From: Setoptus koraiensis
Taxonomy: Eukaryota > Animalia > Arthropoda
Direction of reading: 5' to 3'
Assembly (NCBI GenBank): GCA_048013815.1
Contig: CM106585.1
Location: forward strand, 16,306,001-16,370,000
DNA: 64,000 nt
Shown: positions 45,901 to 56,081 of the stretch, piece by piece
How the letters are laid out: every line of letters starts with the position of its first letter
How positions within the stretch are numbered: position 1 is the first letter of the stretch
Notes under the pieces: generated by a model
What the model saw: the letters and a program-made list of their open reading frames with translations, nothing else
Database searches by the model: none
What the model was told of the DNA's origin: nothing
Position numbers and translations under genes: made by a program

Positions 45901-47981
45901 CGTTGGGCTTTGGTGCTATTCAGTTTAGGCAACAACAACAACAACAGCAAAACTCATCAAGTTATTCTACCGCCTCCACGACTATGATGACAAGTTCCGC
46001 GAGTGAACATAATCAATCTAGCTCCACTAAACGATCATCGCGACTCTATAGAAAAAATAGGTCTAGTACGTCATCGGACAAAGTTACAAGGCGATCATCT
46101 CAAGCCTCTGCGTCTCAATTGAGCTCAAGTAATACCACCAATACTGGCTATTATCTTATCAAGTTTCTCAACAGTGGTTGTCTTGTGTTTAAAGTTGGAT
46201 TCTGTGAACCATACGTCTACAGTAATCTGTATTCCATCGAGGGTGGTCGTTATAATAATATAAGCTGGAGCGCCAAAGATAACATGACAACTTTCTTGGA
46301 TGAGTTGGACAAAATTAAGGTCACCATGCATTTGCATTCCTTCACCTATGACTACCATCTAAGGAGCATTTACTCTTACATATCGGGTAGGCAGCTCACA
46401 TTTCGCCACGGATATCATTTGATTTCCTTCTTGGACGACTTCCGAAAATACTATCAGAAGGCACCCAACTATGCTAGAAATCATATAATGAGCGGCCAAG
46501 TGACAATAGATGATATCTTAGTGACAGGTCAACAATTGTACAATTACATTATAAGCCACAATCCAATTTACAGGATGGATGTGCTTCGCATGGTGTCCAC
46601 TCTGGCATTGGGACATAACTCTGATACGGATAATAGCTATAATTTAAAGAATGATTACGTTCTGATTGAGTTGTCTCAAGATAGAGTCCAATACAAAGAT
46701 AGCAAAGATTTTGATATATTCGACTGCGGTCTATTAATCACCCACGATACCTCGGCATCACCACCGGAAGCTAACTGTCTAACATTGAAATACTTTTTGT
46801 TGCTGACCAGCCAGAGAGAACTCTACCCCAAACTGATATATTCTAGTGACAACATATTGAGCTTGGGCTCATTCAAGCCCATTCGTTTTGGATCGTCGCA
46901 AATACAAAGTAGATCTTCATCTCGGAAAAGTAGTCTATTGGTAGCAGCTCCAAATGGTCGAAACGAGACAATCAATGGTATCAATAACAATACAGATCGA
47001 ACAGACAATTCGGACAATGAAAATTCCATTGAATTATCTATACACTCTGTCAATTCAAACTCGGGTCCAGCTAGCATCACCACGACCGCGTCATCGTCGG
47101 TTCACACAAATAGCTCAACTACGTTAACTCAGGCTACCGCGACAGGTGGTGGAAATACTGGCACCTTCATTGATCTTGGTGGTGGACAAAGTCAGCAGGT
47201 GACACCACAAATTCAAGTAGACCAAGCCTCAATGATACTGCCAGCTGCCAGTAATGTAATTTGTAAAGACAATGGACAATTGATGACGATCGACAACACT
47301 CCTGGCACCAGAAGCATTTGCGATGAGGAAATCACATATTTGGGTTACTTCTCAGCCTATGAGATCGACATGTTGGAGATGCTTAAGCAAAAAACCCTGT
47401 TTGTCCAGAATCATATCAGAGAGACTGTGAAAGCGGCAGAGATTCACTATCATCGCGATTACTTGTGGCATAAATTAATGCAACGTGCCAGCACAAATAC
47501 CAATCAGAATAGCTCCAATCAAAGTAGTCATAATAACAATAGTGGCCGCTCCGATTCCGAATGCTCTCTTAGTAATGATGATTTTGCGCAATTATTGTCA
47601 GTGGTCAATATAATCAAGTTACATCAATTCGACAAACAGCTTGTTCATTTGTCCAGCCTTCATATATCTTGGTACGGTAAATTGATGAGGGCATTTAGCG
47701 ATTCAAAATCATCCAACATCAACAAACACAGGATATTTGTGCACAAGAAAGATTCAAAATGCAACTTAATTTACATAGATCCACGTTGTGCGAGTGCTTT
47801 TGTTCTATTAGTCATCAACTCGGAGAATAGTTCCACCGATTTACTTTTAGTTATGAAAGATTCGCTTGAAGGCTCAAACAAGAATGGTATCTCGCCAAAC
47901 GATATTGGTAGTGACTGTCAGCAACTGGTTGAGGATTTTGTCAACTTTTGTGCCTCATTCATGTGGGTCTCCTTTGTATAA
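39936..47981 (+). CDS. SZT2: KICSTOR subunit SZT2, single 8-kb exon (2681 aa)
   Basis: EATCLFALM...SRRKRALWYL; FVLDISPS; RLHEGY; LPWKHN; HFCLTPLLF; MHLHSFTYDYHLR; YLGYFS. Confidence 0.9.
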   Translation: MMNLLPRPPSSTNIQQSVYEATCLFALMTDEHSVSRRKRALWYLSLLNRTIELPTNETNDINSDIKLISVSSNGQNNSNLTTSGNLTPTNSSQSISATLLLQDDQTVSASALGSNIKNPAYHISTNTRALFLASRLATLFVLDISPSVISVDPHSNCVLLDAMFETFKKSVLLLIQPYHVSSENDGNNILTPDVHISVITYSPLLFTKSNQVLCQNRGINSYNVEQFFVEVWLGLERAAQEIHELISTMTHNNNQNNATLIPNEEPFLDSCTFNYPVVTDSSNQTDMMRQSEQVIEDIFNLGLISLQLMPELSKLSMIIITDGLFAATNDLSDFRQEGISCSFISLGCNESSPDSSFGYMPYVDFMQFVAKTTSGVFYKHDQLINCQPKLTAKHSPHLLENPLFPLFCYSLYGGNQYLLQDDTFLIDVLNNHHSIPYFPSTRSQTPLDSHNKIDETASKYFKMDQPSLRMHSLSSKSEQRSLRQSLTNGLFGSSSANSVSLKMPQFHDWRTCKQLDRSLEAEFEQVLSCRLHEGYVISNISFKRKETNQICIVLVLPWKHNMDIEYDITSSFWFGSRVTNAQGRSFVGQSTQSNDPDIPNGKPTFGEPRCEVIVHGSYSFLHNLYCGDNRVRRKCEFRELAYQQFRQLFRNILISHERLQYLYKFYREPSLSKVPTFLIHGNSLLYEQPHTNKLTSTIESADDESRASEFQQYWQDISCLDIVSWKNYMHVHDIRLVLEHDQPKQKYLHHPNVNGRYTHVQCRRAFSVVSNFIKNYASFSLLEDKTYIKILQQNPTNDANESTSTSYSFDKGFITIRITKQLPILIVHLLFTNGTNDVLRFETVKYLEENLSNCRIRNSKSTLVPFKDGILSGKTLRPSSNESACYTISSPIEYMLKRYNRNFVNDYLLYNWAYGLPGFYQHHNVPFNILRQQLSTANNQANSTSQNHPKTALSDVTSTIKTESMTTLTNASDQLSEKYLYGLRLIRTISGLPHRLVPLLASTILSKILSTLVNIRIKQGFHIAFNDSGIMNLLVELKMIDPTNEKFKSTCLAQYVIFPPIISSNSQSLSANINLGNLSGSLTNANCQTTNGYSDTQSILSTFDDLMHENRADFHDVSCPTNEVLAEFKLISEYWIEPQYGLSSASNNYHTSLSDLRYFEFSERLYKSEMDIVDCLLTHEFLHLLCDRSPQFSTLDRCLLQDLPQTSSPIYAGTNKSSSNHLDSLMNSSMTNSQQLRGSLSSSLMDISYKFSVVNFLRYCQQTSVSLVMFKNSSTISETAFITANQMPSSAPNQSSRLIRAYTTASVARDRKMSFESSEEAGVSTRGANQSGKARPHRSSYQQDYKSQANNNSVNNLSMYYHATLDQLFFDLLGKAFKQYHDKEFELTPSDSYGLPAYLLSRLINFDLNNVTTDDYKISNPPRWKCYIKKTVQGNLILTIMPSSTEDIQRWSSIVESCHLSSDENGQEDGSFVRISINDNRQICPIIIYRCSTAMLSDKIFSDLSYNDSAEKQSTDLPTPQKDTELHFGRPCKYLGTERKNNDELGDSELLFGPSESSLTADEDTTGEVVNFRAYIKKIRSIILKSRLNSLNDAYTRRLFIDQQDLVYYVNNTEFDLQRKCIGFTQLKSVTDFIKSFEDFMSTLPKELDRPSNPMLNSILLQKCGLFLNQPITRLNQANPLLKQINDQKLLHLIKSNYTIDLPFLDEAMLTGGGTNLLMSVTSNRTNASRSSKNNSNNFMSNTATSNTIHVGSLGAVSSSKQGPQSGSNTNRCSSIGNSPVTATGALSMNAHMAHSHNSSSFSSPELLNHNGHRYIGNNSQILEAFRGIKPCRLADLPKAADCEDMVARHEAHLREVLRIGKERDEANEFWGVLNASPASVTGGLSHSSIDRALRHVDSLGRLEHFCLTPLLFSPSWRSKLAPVRDHTLEKVALHQDQKQTNNETVNQLQQQQQQQNQSSSGQINASDDAWHQTVCNNYIQEYVQYLQTLGFGAIQFRQQQQQQQNSSSYSTASTTMMTSSASEHNQSSSTKRSSRLYRKNRSSTSSDKVTRRSSQASASQLSSSNTTNTGYYLIKFLNSGCLVFKVGFCEPYVYSNLYSIEGGRYNNISWSAKDNMTTFLDELDKIKVTMHLHSFTYDYHLRSIYSYISGRQLTFRHGYHLISFLDDFRKYYQKAPNYARNHIMSGQVTIDDILVTGQQLYNYIISHNPIYRMDVLRMVSTLALGHNSDTDNSYNLKNDYVLIELSQDRVQYKDSKDFDIFDCGLLITHDTSASPPEANCLTLKYFLLLTSQRELYPKLIYSSDNILSLGSFKPIRFGSSQIQSRSSSRKSSLLVAAPNGRNETINGINNNTDRTDNSDNENSIELSIHSVNSNSGPASITTTASSSVHTNSSTTLTQATATGGGNTGTFIDLGGGQSQQVTPQIQVDQASMILPAASNVICKDNGQLMTIDNTPGTRSICDEEITYLGYFSAYEIDMLEMLKQKTLFVQNHIRETVKAAEIHYHRDYLWHKLMQRASTNTNQNSSNQSSHNNNSGRSDSECSLSNDDFAQLLSVVNIIKLHQFDKQLVHLSSLHISWYGKLMRAFSDSKSSNINKHRIFVHKKDSKCNLIYIDPRCASAFVLLVINSENSSTDLLLVMKDSLEGSNKNGISPNDIGSDCQQLVEDFVNFCASFMWVSFV

Positions 47982-48262
47982 CAATACACAACAATAAACA
48001 GTAAAGCGATTCATTTTGTAGTTGCAATGGTCTCAAAATTGAGAAAATGTATTGGCAATGATTAAGTTGCGAATTCTAAGCAACGTTCGCCTAAAATTTA
48101 CTACATCTTGGTCGATTTTTGAATCTATGTTCTAATATATAAAATCTGTTTTATCTAAACTTTGTCAAATGTTCAGCGCTACACACATAGGATTATATGT
48201 ATATACATTTAAAATAAATTTCAATCTAATGCGGAGCTTCGTGTAGAAAACCAATCGGTTAG

Positions 48263-51200
48263 TTAGACTAGGCTTAGCACACTTACAATCTCCAAAACAA
48301 ATATAAATAATCCAAATAATATTAGTGTGGCTGCAAACAAGTATAAACCAATAGCTGCTAATTTAGCCTGTCTTAATCTGTATGTCAAAGATACTAGACA
48401 AAGTCCTGGGAATACGAAGACATTGATGGATGCCAATGATCCTAATAGTTGTAACGTCATTGATATATTAGGTGCGTATAATGCTAATAATACTGTGGTA
48501 GAAAACCAGACTGTCGTTATGACAACTCTTCGTGTACATTCGGTCGCTGAATACTCCTCTGGTGACAGTTTTCTATAGGCTACATACAATCCATCAATAG
48601 CGCTCCGACCACACAACATCAACGGCGGGTAAGTGGTGATTATTTTGATGACTAACGCTACAAGGCCTATGACAACAATTGGATCGGTGCCATCGTATAA
48701 GCTGGTGATGTCCGGATCAACATTTGAGCCAAATGTCAAGTAACCATAAGACCCAACCATATTGTAGAGAAAGAATAATATAACTAGACCAAACATGGAG
48801 GCCTTCATGAAGCTTGCCATATTCCTCTGTCGCATGCAAGCATAGACAGGCACTATTACTTCGTGGGTTTGATATGCAAAACACATTATAGGTATCACCG
48901 TTATCACTTCTAGCCAATTGTCCGGCATTGTCTTGATAGGGCCAACATTAACATTTTCAAGATTGTAATACTCGTAGACTGTTAAGAAGGCGACATATAA
49001 CATTGCAAATATGCCCAGGGTACTGATGTAACGTAAAAACTCTAAACGTTGTGCATAACACATTGGCAATATAAACATTAGAGCTGTAAAGGCTATTGTG
49101 AATTTTCTATCCAGGTACCAGAATTCGGCGTGATCTGGCAGTAACGATTTAAATATTCTGTCATACTGATCGCCAATAACAACCAAAAATGTAATGTTTA
49201 TACCAAAACAGGTCATTAATATGGATAGAGCCGACATTTGTTGGGCTCGTTTTCCGCACATGGACATAAGCACTTCGTGATAAGTGTTATCTCCATTGAG
49301 GTCGCTGCAATAGATCAATATAAACATTGTGCTGGCAACAAACACAAGCAGTATCTGATTGTTGGACAAAATCAAGAAGGTCAGTCTATCGTTTGTGAAT
49401 TTTTTGTATTACTTTCATACATGTCCTTGACACTCACCACTTGTAGAATGGCCGATGGACCTACACCGCCAACCTGCCCGTAGGCATAGGGATAATTCAG
49501 CATTCCCGCACCTAGAGCGGCATTCACCAACAAGAATGCAGCTACGGCCCAGTGTATTCCTTTCCGGCCAAAAGAGTTTGTATTTATTCAGATTTTTGAG
49601 ATTGTTCATAGAGGAAGTGATGATTAGAACGATCCACAATAAGTCAAACAGTTATTAAGGAAAGGGAGAGCGGAATGAAATTAATATTATATTCAGTGTA
49701 TCTACTAGTTAGTCGTGCTATTAATTGGAAGAAATAGGGCAAAGTCGCAAGAAGTTGAGAAAGTTTTGCCGCCAAAAAGAGCGCCATCTGGCGGCCCATA
49801 ATGACGCGTCATGTGGCCAGTTCGCTGATTGGGTCTCATAAACAGCGTGGCCTGTTTTAACTGCTTTACATAACTCTTTTCTTCGGATCTTGTTCGATCA
49901 ATTGGTGGTATAAACTATTTTTCTACATATATACACAAACTGGCAACATTTTGTATCAGATTTCAAAATAACGGACCATTCCAGAAAACGCTATTGATTA
50001 CTAAATGAGATGATCACGCCGATTTTCAGCATTAAACAAGACGAGCAATATGTCCTGGTCAACATTAAGGCTCCAATGGCGAAAATTTCAGAGACAGAAG
50101 TGGAAATTCATGACCAACAGATGACATTCTATGCCGCCCCGTATTTTCTTCGTTTGAGGTTTGAGTCACCGATCAAAGATGAAGACAGTGAGGATTCCCA
50201 AGTGACTTATGACGCTGACACGTGCTCATACACAGTCAAGATAACGAAAACAAGCAAGGGACAATATTTTCGCGATCTCGATATGCTCACCAAATTACTA
50301 GTGAAACCAAAGAAAGCAACTAATGCGAAAAGATTGATAGAGGTTATCGGCGAAACTGTGCCCAGCGACACTAGTAGTCATGAGGACAAAGGGGAAGCCA
50401 GCGGTGGCGATAGAAATGATGATTTTGTTCATGAGCAAACATTGTGGACAGAGGAGGATGACCAGAAACTGTGCCTTGTGTCTCAGAAGTATGGCTTTTA
50501 CAATCAGTCAAGTGGAATCTTTGAACGCTTACAAGACGACATACGCTTGGTTGTTGACATACAGGAGCCCGATAAAAAGACCTTCAAAACAAGAAGACAA
50601 GAAAGAATACAAGAAGAGTCTATTCATTTCTCTGAGGATCATTATCTCTTCGATCTATATGAGAATGATCCTGCAATTGTTAATTTAATCAACTACGAGA
50701 CTAGTTTTAACAAAATATACAAGCGTGTGCATGAACATGAACAACAAAAACAACAACTGGTTGATCGTTCAATACACAAATTATCGATCAATCCAGATGA
50801 TAATCAGCATAGTCTATCAATCAAGATGAAGAACATTGTTATTAATGATAATAATCATCATCATCACGTTGGGAGTGATGAAAATGAACAAATTTTATCT
50901 AAAAGCACCACGAGTTGTGATTGTGCTACTTATTGTGATAAATCTAATCAAGATAAACTCAATCTAGAAACTATACACAGTGCTGACAGCAATGAACTGG
51001 TTCAATTAAGTGAAGAAGACACATATAGGCTCATGAACTTCAACAACAATGGCTACATCGCTGATGAGAGATTGAAACAACAATCACTGTTGAGTATGTT
51101 AGATATTCTTTATGCCTATTGTTATGATCTTAGAACTACAGAGGGAGAGCACTCATCAGAATCAGGTTGGACGATAATAAAACTAAGCCCTACATTGAAT

Positions 51201-51869
51201 TGGTTCGATTGTTTTGTGTCAGCTGAGGAAGTTGCAATCAGTTGCACTAGAAGAGCATTGATATATCCGTTGTACAGACATTGGAGGCTATCATTAAAGA
51301 TATGGCAAGATGTTGTTGAGATATTGGAACTGGGAAAGAAAGCAATATTGAAATGTTTCTTGGATGTTCACCGAATTCTAAATGAATCAGGCGGTGAATA
51401 TCGATACATTTTGAATGATCTCTACATAACTGATTATTGTGTTTGGATACAAAAAATCACGATTGAAGATATTGAATCTGTGAGGAAAGATCTGGAAAAA
51501 GTTGTTAAGAATGAGCAAAAAGAACCTAATGTATTAACTAAAGAAAAGATGAATCTAGATATAGTGGAACTAGAGGAGGCGGCTGAGATTGTGCTAGCGG
51601 AAGAGCGCCTCGCTTAACTTGATCAGTGAATGAGTTAGTTGTGATATAATAAAACAAAAAGAAATAACAGTTCATCGCATAAATCTTTTGTACTACTCAC
51701 CTAGCCTTACATCTACTTCTTGTCTTTGTTTGTAGGATACCACCAGATGGTTACTACATTGGATTGATATTTCGCCCTTGTATCTATCTGAGGTGTAGAT
51801 TTTTCTTGCAACACTATTGTTGAGGAGTGGGCGCTTTTCGTCATTGTCTCTCATTATCGTGGTCGTCAT
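48263..51869 (-). CDS. SLC38A7: SLC38A7-like lysosomal amino acid transporter; exons 51701-51869, 49438-49559, 48263-49354
   Basis: AAFLLVNAALGAGMLNYP, FAYQTHE, GYLTFG, YPPLMLCGR motifs. Phase-0 intron 49355-49437. Phase-1 intron 49560-51700 (CTAG|GTGAGT ... GGAAAG|GA) links an ATG exon carrying the dileucine motif EKRPLL. Exon 1 is less certain than the rest. Confidence 0.8.
49781..49794 (-). promoter_or_regulatory. CTCF-like motif CCGCCAGATGGCGC upstream of SHQ1
   Basis: Near-perfect match to the CTCF core consensus, ~215 nt before the SHQ1 ATG. Confidence 0.4.
50010..51617 (+). CDS. SHQ1: H/ACA RNP assembly factor SHQ1, intronless, nested in intron 1 of SLC38A7
   Basis: CS domain MITPIFSIKQD...PYFLRLRF; YGFYNQ; HFSEDHYL; DILYAYCYD.RTTEGEHSSESGWTIIKLSPTL; RRALIYPLYRHW. 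Confidence 0.95.
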   Translation: MITPIFSIKQDEQYVLVNIKAPMAKISETEVEIHDQQMTFYAAPYFLRLRFESPIKDEDSEDSQVTYDADTCSYTVKITKTSKGQYFRDLDMLTKLLVKPKKATNAKRLIEVIGETVPSDTSSHEDKGEASGGDRNDDFVHEQTLWTEEDDQKLCLVSQKYGFYNQSSGIFERLQDDIRLVVDIQEPDKKTFKTRRQERIQEESIHFSEDHYLFDLYENDPAIVNLINYETSFNKIYKRVHEHEQQKQQLVDRSIHKLSINPDDNQHSLSIKMKNIVINDNNHHHHVGSDENEQILSKSTTSCDCATYCDKSNQDKLNLETIHSADSNELVQLSEEDTYRLMNFNNNGYIADERLKQQSLLSMLDILYAYCYDLRTTEGEHSSESGWTIIKLSPTLNWFDCFVSAEEVAISCTRRALIYPLYRHWRLSLKIWQDVVEILELGKKAILKCFLDVHRILNESGGEYRYILNDLYITDYCVWIQKITIEDIESVRKDLEKVVKNEQKEPNVLTKEKMNLDIVELEEAAEIVLAEERLA

Positions 51870-52346
51870 TTCATAGTACTATGCGAGAGTTTTAAAAATA
51901 CGGTCCTATCTTTTTTGTTTCAAAACAAATGTGATTGTAAGTACAATAATAAAAGTTGTGAGTTGGTCGGAGTCTAGTAGCCTACTAATCAACTGTTGAT
52001 AATCAACACGTTACACTAACCAAGATAGGAGACTATCTTGGTCGCTACTAGCTACTAGCGACTCGCTAGTGGCGCCACCATAAAATCCGCTCAAGTGCGG
52101 GGCCTGACCGGCAGGGCGGTTGTTATGCCCTATCGGGCAGATGACGAGAACAAGCGGGAGGCTGGGAGAAAATGGAAAAAGTAGGATGAAACGGGAGATT
52201 TGGGAGAAATGTGTTGGAATACTGTGCGCTTGCATGCGCACACTACAAATACTGTGCACAAACCGTGATCGTTGATCACTTCGATTATTGCATTCAATAA
52301 AGACATATACATTTCCTAAAGCAAATATTCAACAAAATGAGAGAAA

Positions 52347-52410
52347 CGGGAGACGCGGGAGCTCCCGGGGGAGAATCTCCCGTCTCCCGGGGCGGGAGAT
52401 CGATCTCCCC
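52347..52410. repeat. Nested GGGAG/CTCCC inverted-repeat cluster
   Basis: CGGGAGAC..GGGAG pairs with CTCCCGTCTCCCG; also contains GGGAGCTCCC and GGGAGATCGATCTCCC. Confidence 0.8.
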
Positions 52411-52590
52411 TCATCACTAATGATATATTATCGTTTAAATTCAGCGCCTTCTCCTCAACGGCATCGCCTCTAACACGTCTTTTTCGCTCGTCGGCCTGCC
52501 ATTGTCTGTATACGTTATTTAAAAAAATTAATTTTTTCATTCCTCCAGAAACTTTTCATACGACACAACTAGAAAATATCAATTGCCAAG

Positions 52591-52980
52591 ATGACAGTCA
52601 GCAAAAATAGCAAGATTTTGCAATACATCAATTATAGAATGAGAGTTCAACTCCAGGACAACAGATATTTTGTTGGCACAATGAAAGGGTTCGATAAACA
52701 CATGAATTTAATATTGGCCGATTGCGAGGAATTTAGAAGAATGCGAGCTAAAAAAGCAAATCAGACTGGTGATCAGCCTCCCCGGGAAGAGAAACGTGTA
52801 CTTGGGTTTGTTCTACTGAGAGGCGAGAATGTTGTTTCTCTCACAGTTGAGGGCCCGCCACCGCAGGAAGACGACATTAGAGTGCCTCGCATCCCTGTCC
52901 CAAGTGCCATGCCTGGTGTTGGCATGGGCCGAGCCGTTGGTAGAGGGCTACCGCCACCAGAAATGCCGCCTCGTTTCTAG
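52591..52980 (+). CDS. SNRPB: Sm protein B (short form, 129 aa), intronless
   Basis: [48 protein letters not shown]...[26 protein letters not shown]. Confidence 0.95.
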   Translation: MTVSKNSKILQYINYRMRVQLQDNRYFVGTMKGFDKHMNLILADCEEFRRMRAKKANQTGDQPPREEKRVLGFVLLRGENVVSLTVEGPPPQEDDIRVPRIPVPSAMPGVGMGRAVGRGLPPPEMPPRF

Positions 52981-53102
52981 TGACAGATAAAAGAAGAAAA
53001 AAATATAGATTTGGTACAAACCAATATAAATTCTTTACAACAATTGTAAATACTATATTAACATCATGTTTTTTGGTTCATTATCAACAATATTTATTGA
53101 AA

Positions 53103-56081
53103 TCACAAGGTATTTTCATGACCCGCCAAAATGTACAGACTTGATGGACTTGAAGTGGTTGTTGTAGGACGGCTTTCTAAAACAACAACTGTATCATTAC
53201 CGAGCACTTTGTATAATCGAGAGCTGTCATTGATTTCTTGAACAAGCTCATTAGTTTTAAAACTTCTTCCTTGCATACCATGTTTGTGAAAAGCTAATAC
53301 CGAGTCTGATAGACATACTAGGTATAGCGCGTGGAAGATGGGTGAAATAAATCAATTAATTAATATTGTGAATTGTGTCTGCAGATATTAGATGAGTTGG
53401 CAACATTAAATTTATATACTTTGATTATTTTTACACTTACCTATTGACTTTATCTGGAAATCGAACACAAGTTGGGAAGATGATGTCACATTGGACTTTA
53501 GGTTGCCATCAAGGTCAACAAGCTGAACTACATTGTCATAGCTGACAAGGATAGTGTCTTTATCCAATTGTGTTACACATGCCAATTCTAGCTGGCTTTG
53601 ACCCGAAATTACAGTGCTAGAGAGATCCTCATCATTGAGATTGATGAGATCCAACTTCAGAACCAATGGATTGGAACTTTTCCTTACACCGACACATAGC
53701 ATAGGATATTCTGAACCTGGAGTAATGATCATTTCAAATGTGGACAATCGTGGTGGTATATGTAGTTTGTATTGCTCCACCAACATAAACTTGTTCATCG
53801 GATTATACCATTCCATTAAAAATATGCCGCTTTGAGTAGCGCCACATAAGTATTTGTTGCCACTGAACGGATTACGCCCAATACAACAGGCTATGCAGCC
53901 TTTGGTATCTGGGACTTTTGTATAAGCAGTAAACTTGCGCGGTACAAATTTTTCTGGAATCTTGTTGATCATCGAGTCCATTGGTAATCCAAATCTGATA
54001 TATCCGTTTTTGCTATTATTATGCAAACTAACCAAATCATGTCTGAAAAGATGAGTTGTTTTTCCAGATAATGTCATAAGCACATCTTTAATAACAAACA
54101 TCCAAGTAGTTTTTCTTGGAAATATATGGTCCATACAAGCATCGTGTAGTTCATTGAGATTTAAAGTGTAGATCCCCTCGTCACAACCTAATAATATATG
54201 CTGATCTCTTGTCTCGGGGTGTATCCACGAGACGGCACAGTTCACATTCAAGGGACAACCATTAAATACTTTGGAGAAGCATGCACCCATATGGACTTTA
54301 GGAGTAGGCGGTAAACCATTGGCAATCGGTCTGATCGACGGTTGACTTGACGATGGAGGAGGTGGAGGTGGCATGGTGGGCGGTGGAGGCAGTTTATATA
54401 TAGATGAAGGCCTAGAAGAGGTCTGATGGACAGAGTGTCGTTGAGACAATTTGTTTTGCTCAACACCATTGAAAGGATCTCGCGGGTTGTTATTATCGGA
54501 AGGAAGGCCCACAGTGGTTATTGGTCTTCTTCGATCCTTCCTCCGGGGTGGAACCTCCGGGGGTTTGTCGGAAGACACATCTCCTATGTCGGCATCGACG
54601 CTCTGTTTGGTTAAATTTGTTTGATTAGTTGATTTCTGAAAATTGTTGTCAACATGTTGTTCGCTAAGACTTCTTCCCTTCCAAGGAGTCGATGGGGGTG
54701 TGGAAAATTCATCTAAATCTGTTACCTCACGGTGTTGTGATGGAACTTGCTCTTTGTGTGACATCACTGATTTACTACTAGAGGGATTATTACTACTTGG
54801 ATCTGGAGGTGATTTGAAGGAAGTCATTCCTAAGCCACGCTGATTTAATTCCTCGTCAACCATTTCTAGAAGGCTTTTCTGATTTCTAATATCAAACTCT
54901 TCAATGACATCTTGGTGAAACTTTTGCCTATCACGGCTTTCTTGCACTATGTTCCATGCTCTGATGGTAGATTCAGAATTAGTATCATCACTTGGATCTA
55001 TGGCAGCAGATGTCAATGCGGGCCTCAAGGCATGCTCAATATTAACACTTTCCAATTGTTGGTCTGATCGAGTGTTGTCGTCATATATAGCTGAATTCTT
55101 CGTTGAAGTAATACGTTGAGGCACGTCCATGAGCATCCTCTCCTCTTCAAGGTCATCGAGGGGAAAGTGACTGAAATTGTTTGGGTTTTGGGCCCGTTCC
55201 AATAAGTCGCGCATCATGTCTCGACTCAGTTCCTGATGGACAAACGAATGCTCAAGAAGTTTCTCAGCTGAAGGCCTCTTTTTAGCATTTTTATGAAGCG
55301 CTGCTTTCACAAACGACTTGAACTCTTCAGTCCAACGATTTTTGTCTTTGAGTGTTGGAGGCTTAAAATTAGATCTGGACATAAGATATAAGGCTCGCAT
55401 TGGGTGGAGATCAAACATGGGAGGCTGCAACTCGGCAAGCTCAATAGCTGTTATACCAACTGACCACACATCACATTGTTGGTCATAACCTCCTTTACGA
55501 TCCACAGCAGCAACTTCTGGAGCCATCCAGTAAGGAGAACCAATGAAAGATTTTCGTTTGCACATCGTAGCTGTTATCTGCGCTGATACCCCAAAATCAG
55601 CCAATTTGACATCTCCCAAATTAGTTAAAAGTATATTGGCTCCTTTGATGTCTCTGTGCATTTTTCCCATGGAATGCAGATAGCTGAGCCCCTTGAGAGT
55701 CTCTCGACATACTAGAGATATTTGGGCTTCACTCAGAGGCCCAGTCACATGGTAGATGTCCTGCAAAGATCCACCACCACAATACTCCATGCAGATCCAT
55801 AATTTATCACGTCGTAGATAGCTACCGTAGAAGGCTACAATGTTCGGATGAACACAGCTTTTCATCATGAGTATCTCTTGCTGGATAACAGCAAAATTAT
55901 CTCCGGGCTCTAATTTTATAATCTTGACAGCTGCCACTTGGCTAGTCTTAACATGTCTAGCTTTATAAACATCTCCGTAAGTTCCGGAGCCGACAACCTC
56001 TATCAATTCAAAAACGCCCGAAGGGTCGGATAGTGAGTTCAAATCTATTTGATAATTGTTTGAAGACGAGTGACGATCCAT
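53103..56081 (-). CDS. MAP4K3: STE20 kinase MAP4K3/5 (happyhour-like) with CNH domain; exons 53441-56081 and 53103-53317
   Basis: Kinase motifs GSGTYGDVYK, HRDIKGAN, DFG, GSPYWMAPE; PPTPKVHMGACFSKVFNGCPL. A phase-1 intron 53318-53440 restores the conserved end VCLSDSVLAFHKHGMQGRSF...LYILAGHENTL. Confidence 0.93.

Noticed and set aside
49560-49609. One-base frameshift linking ATG 49609 to SLC38A7 TM1
   Set aside because: The upstream exon at 51701-51869 gives a phase-compatible model with a lysosomal dileucine motif and needs no sequence error.
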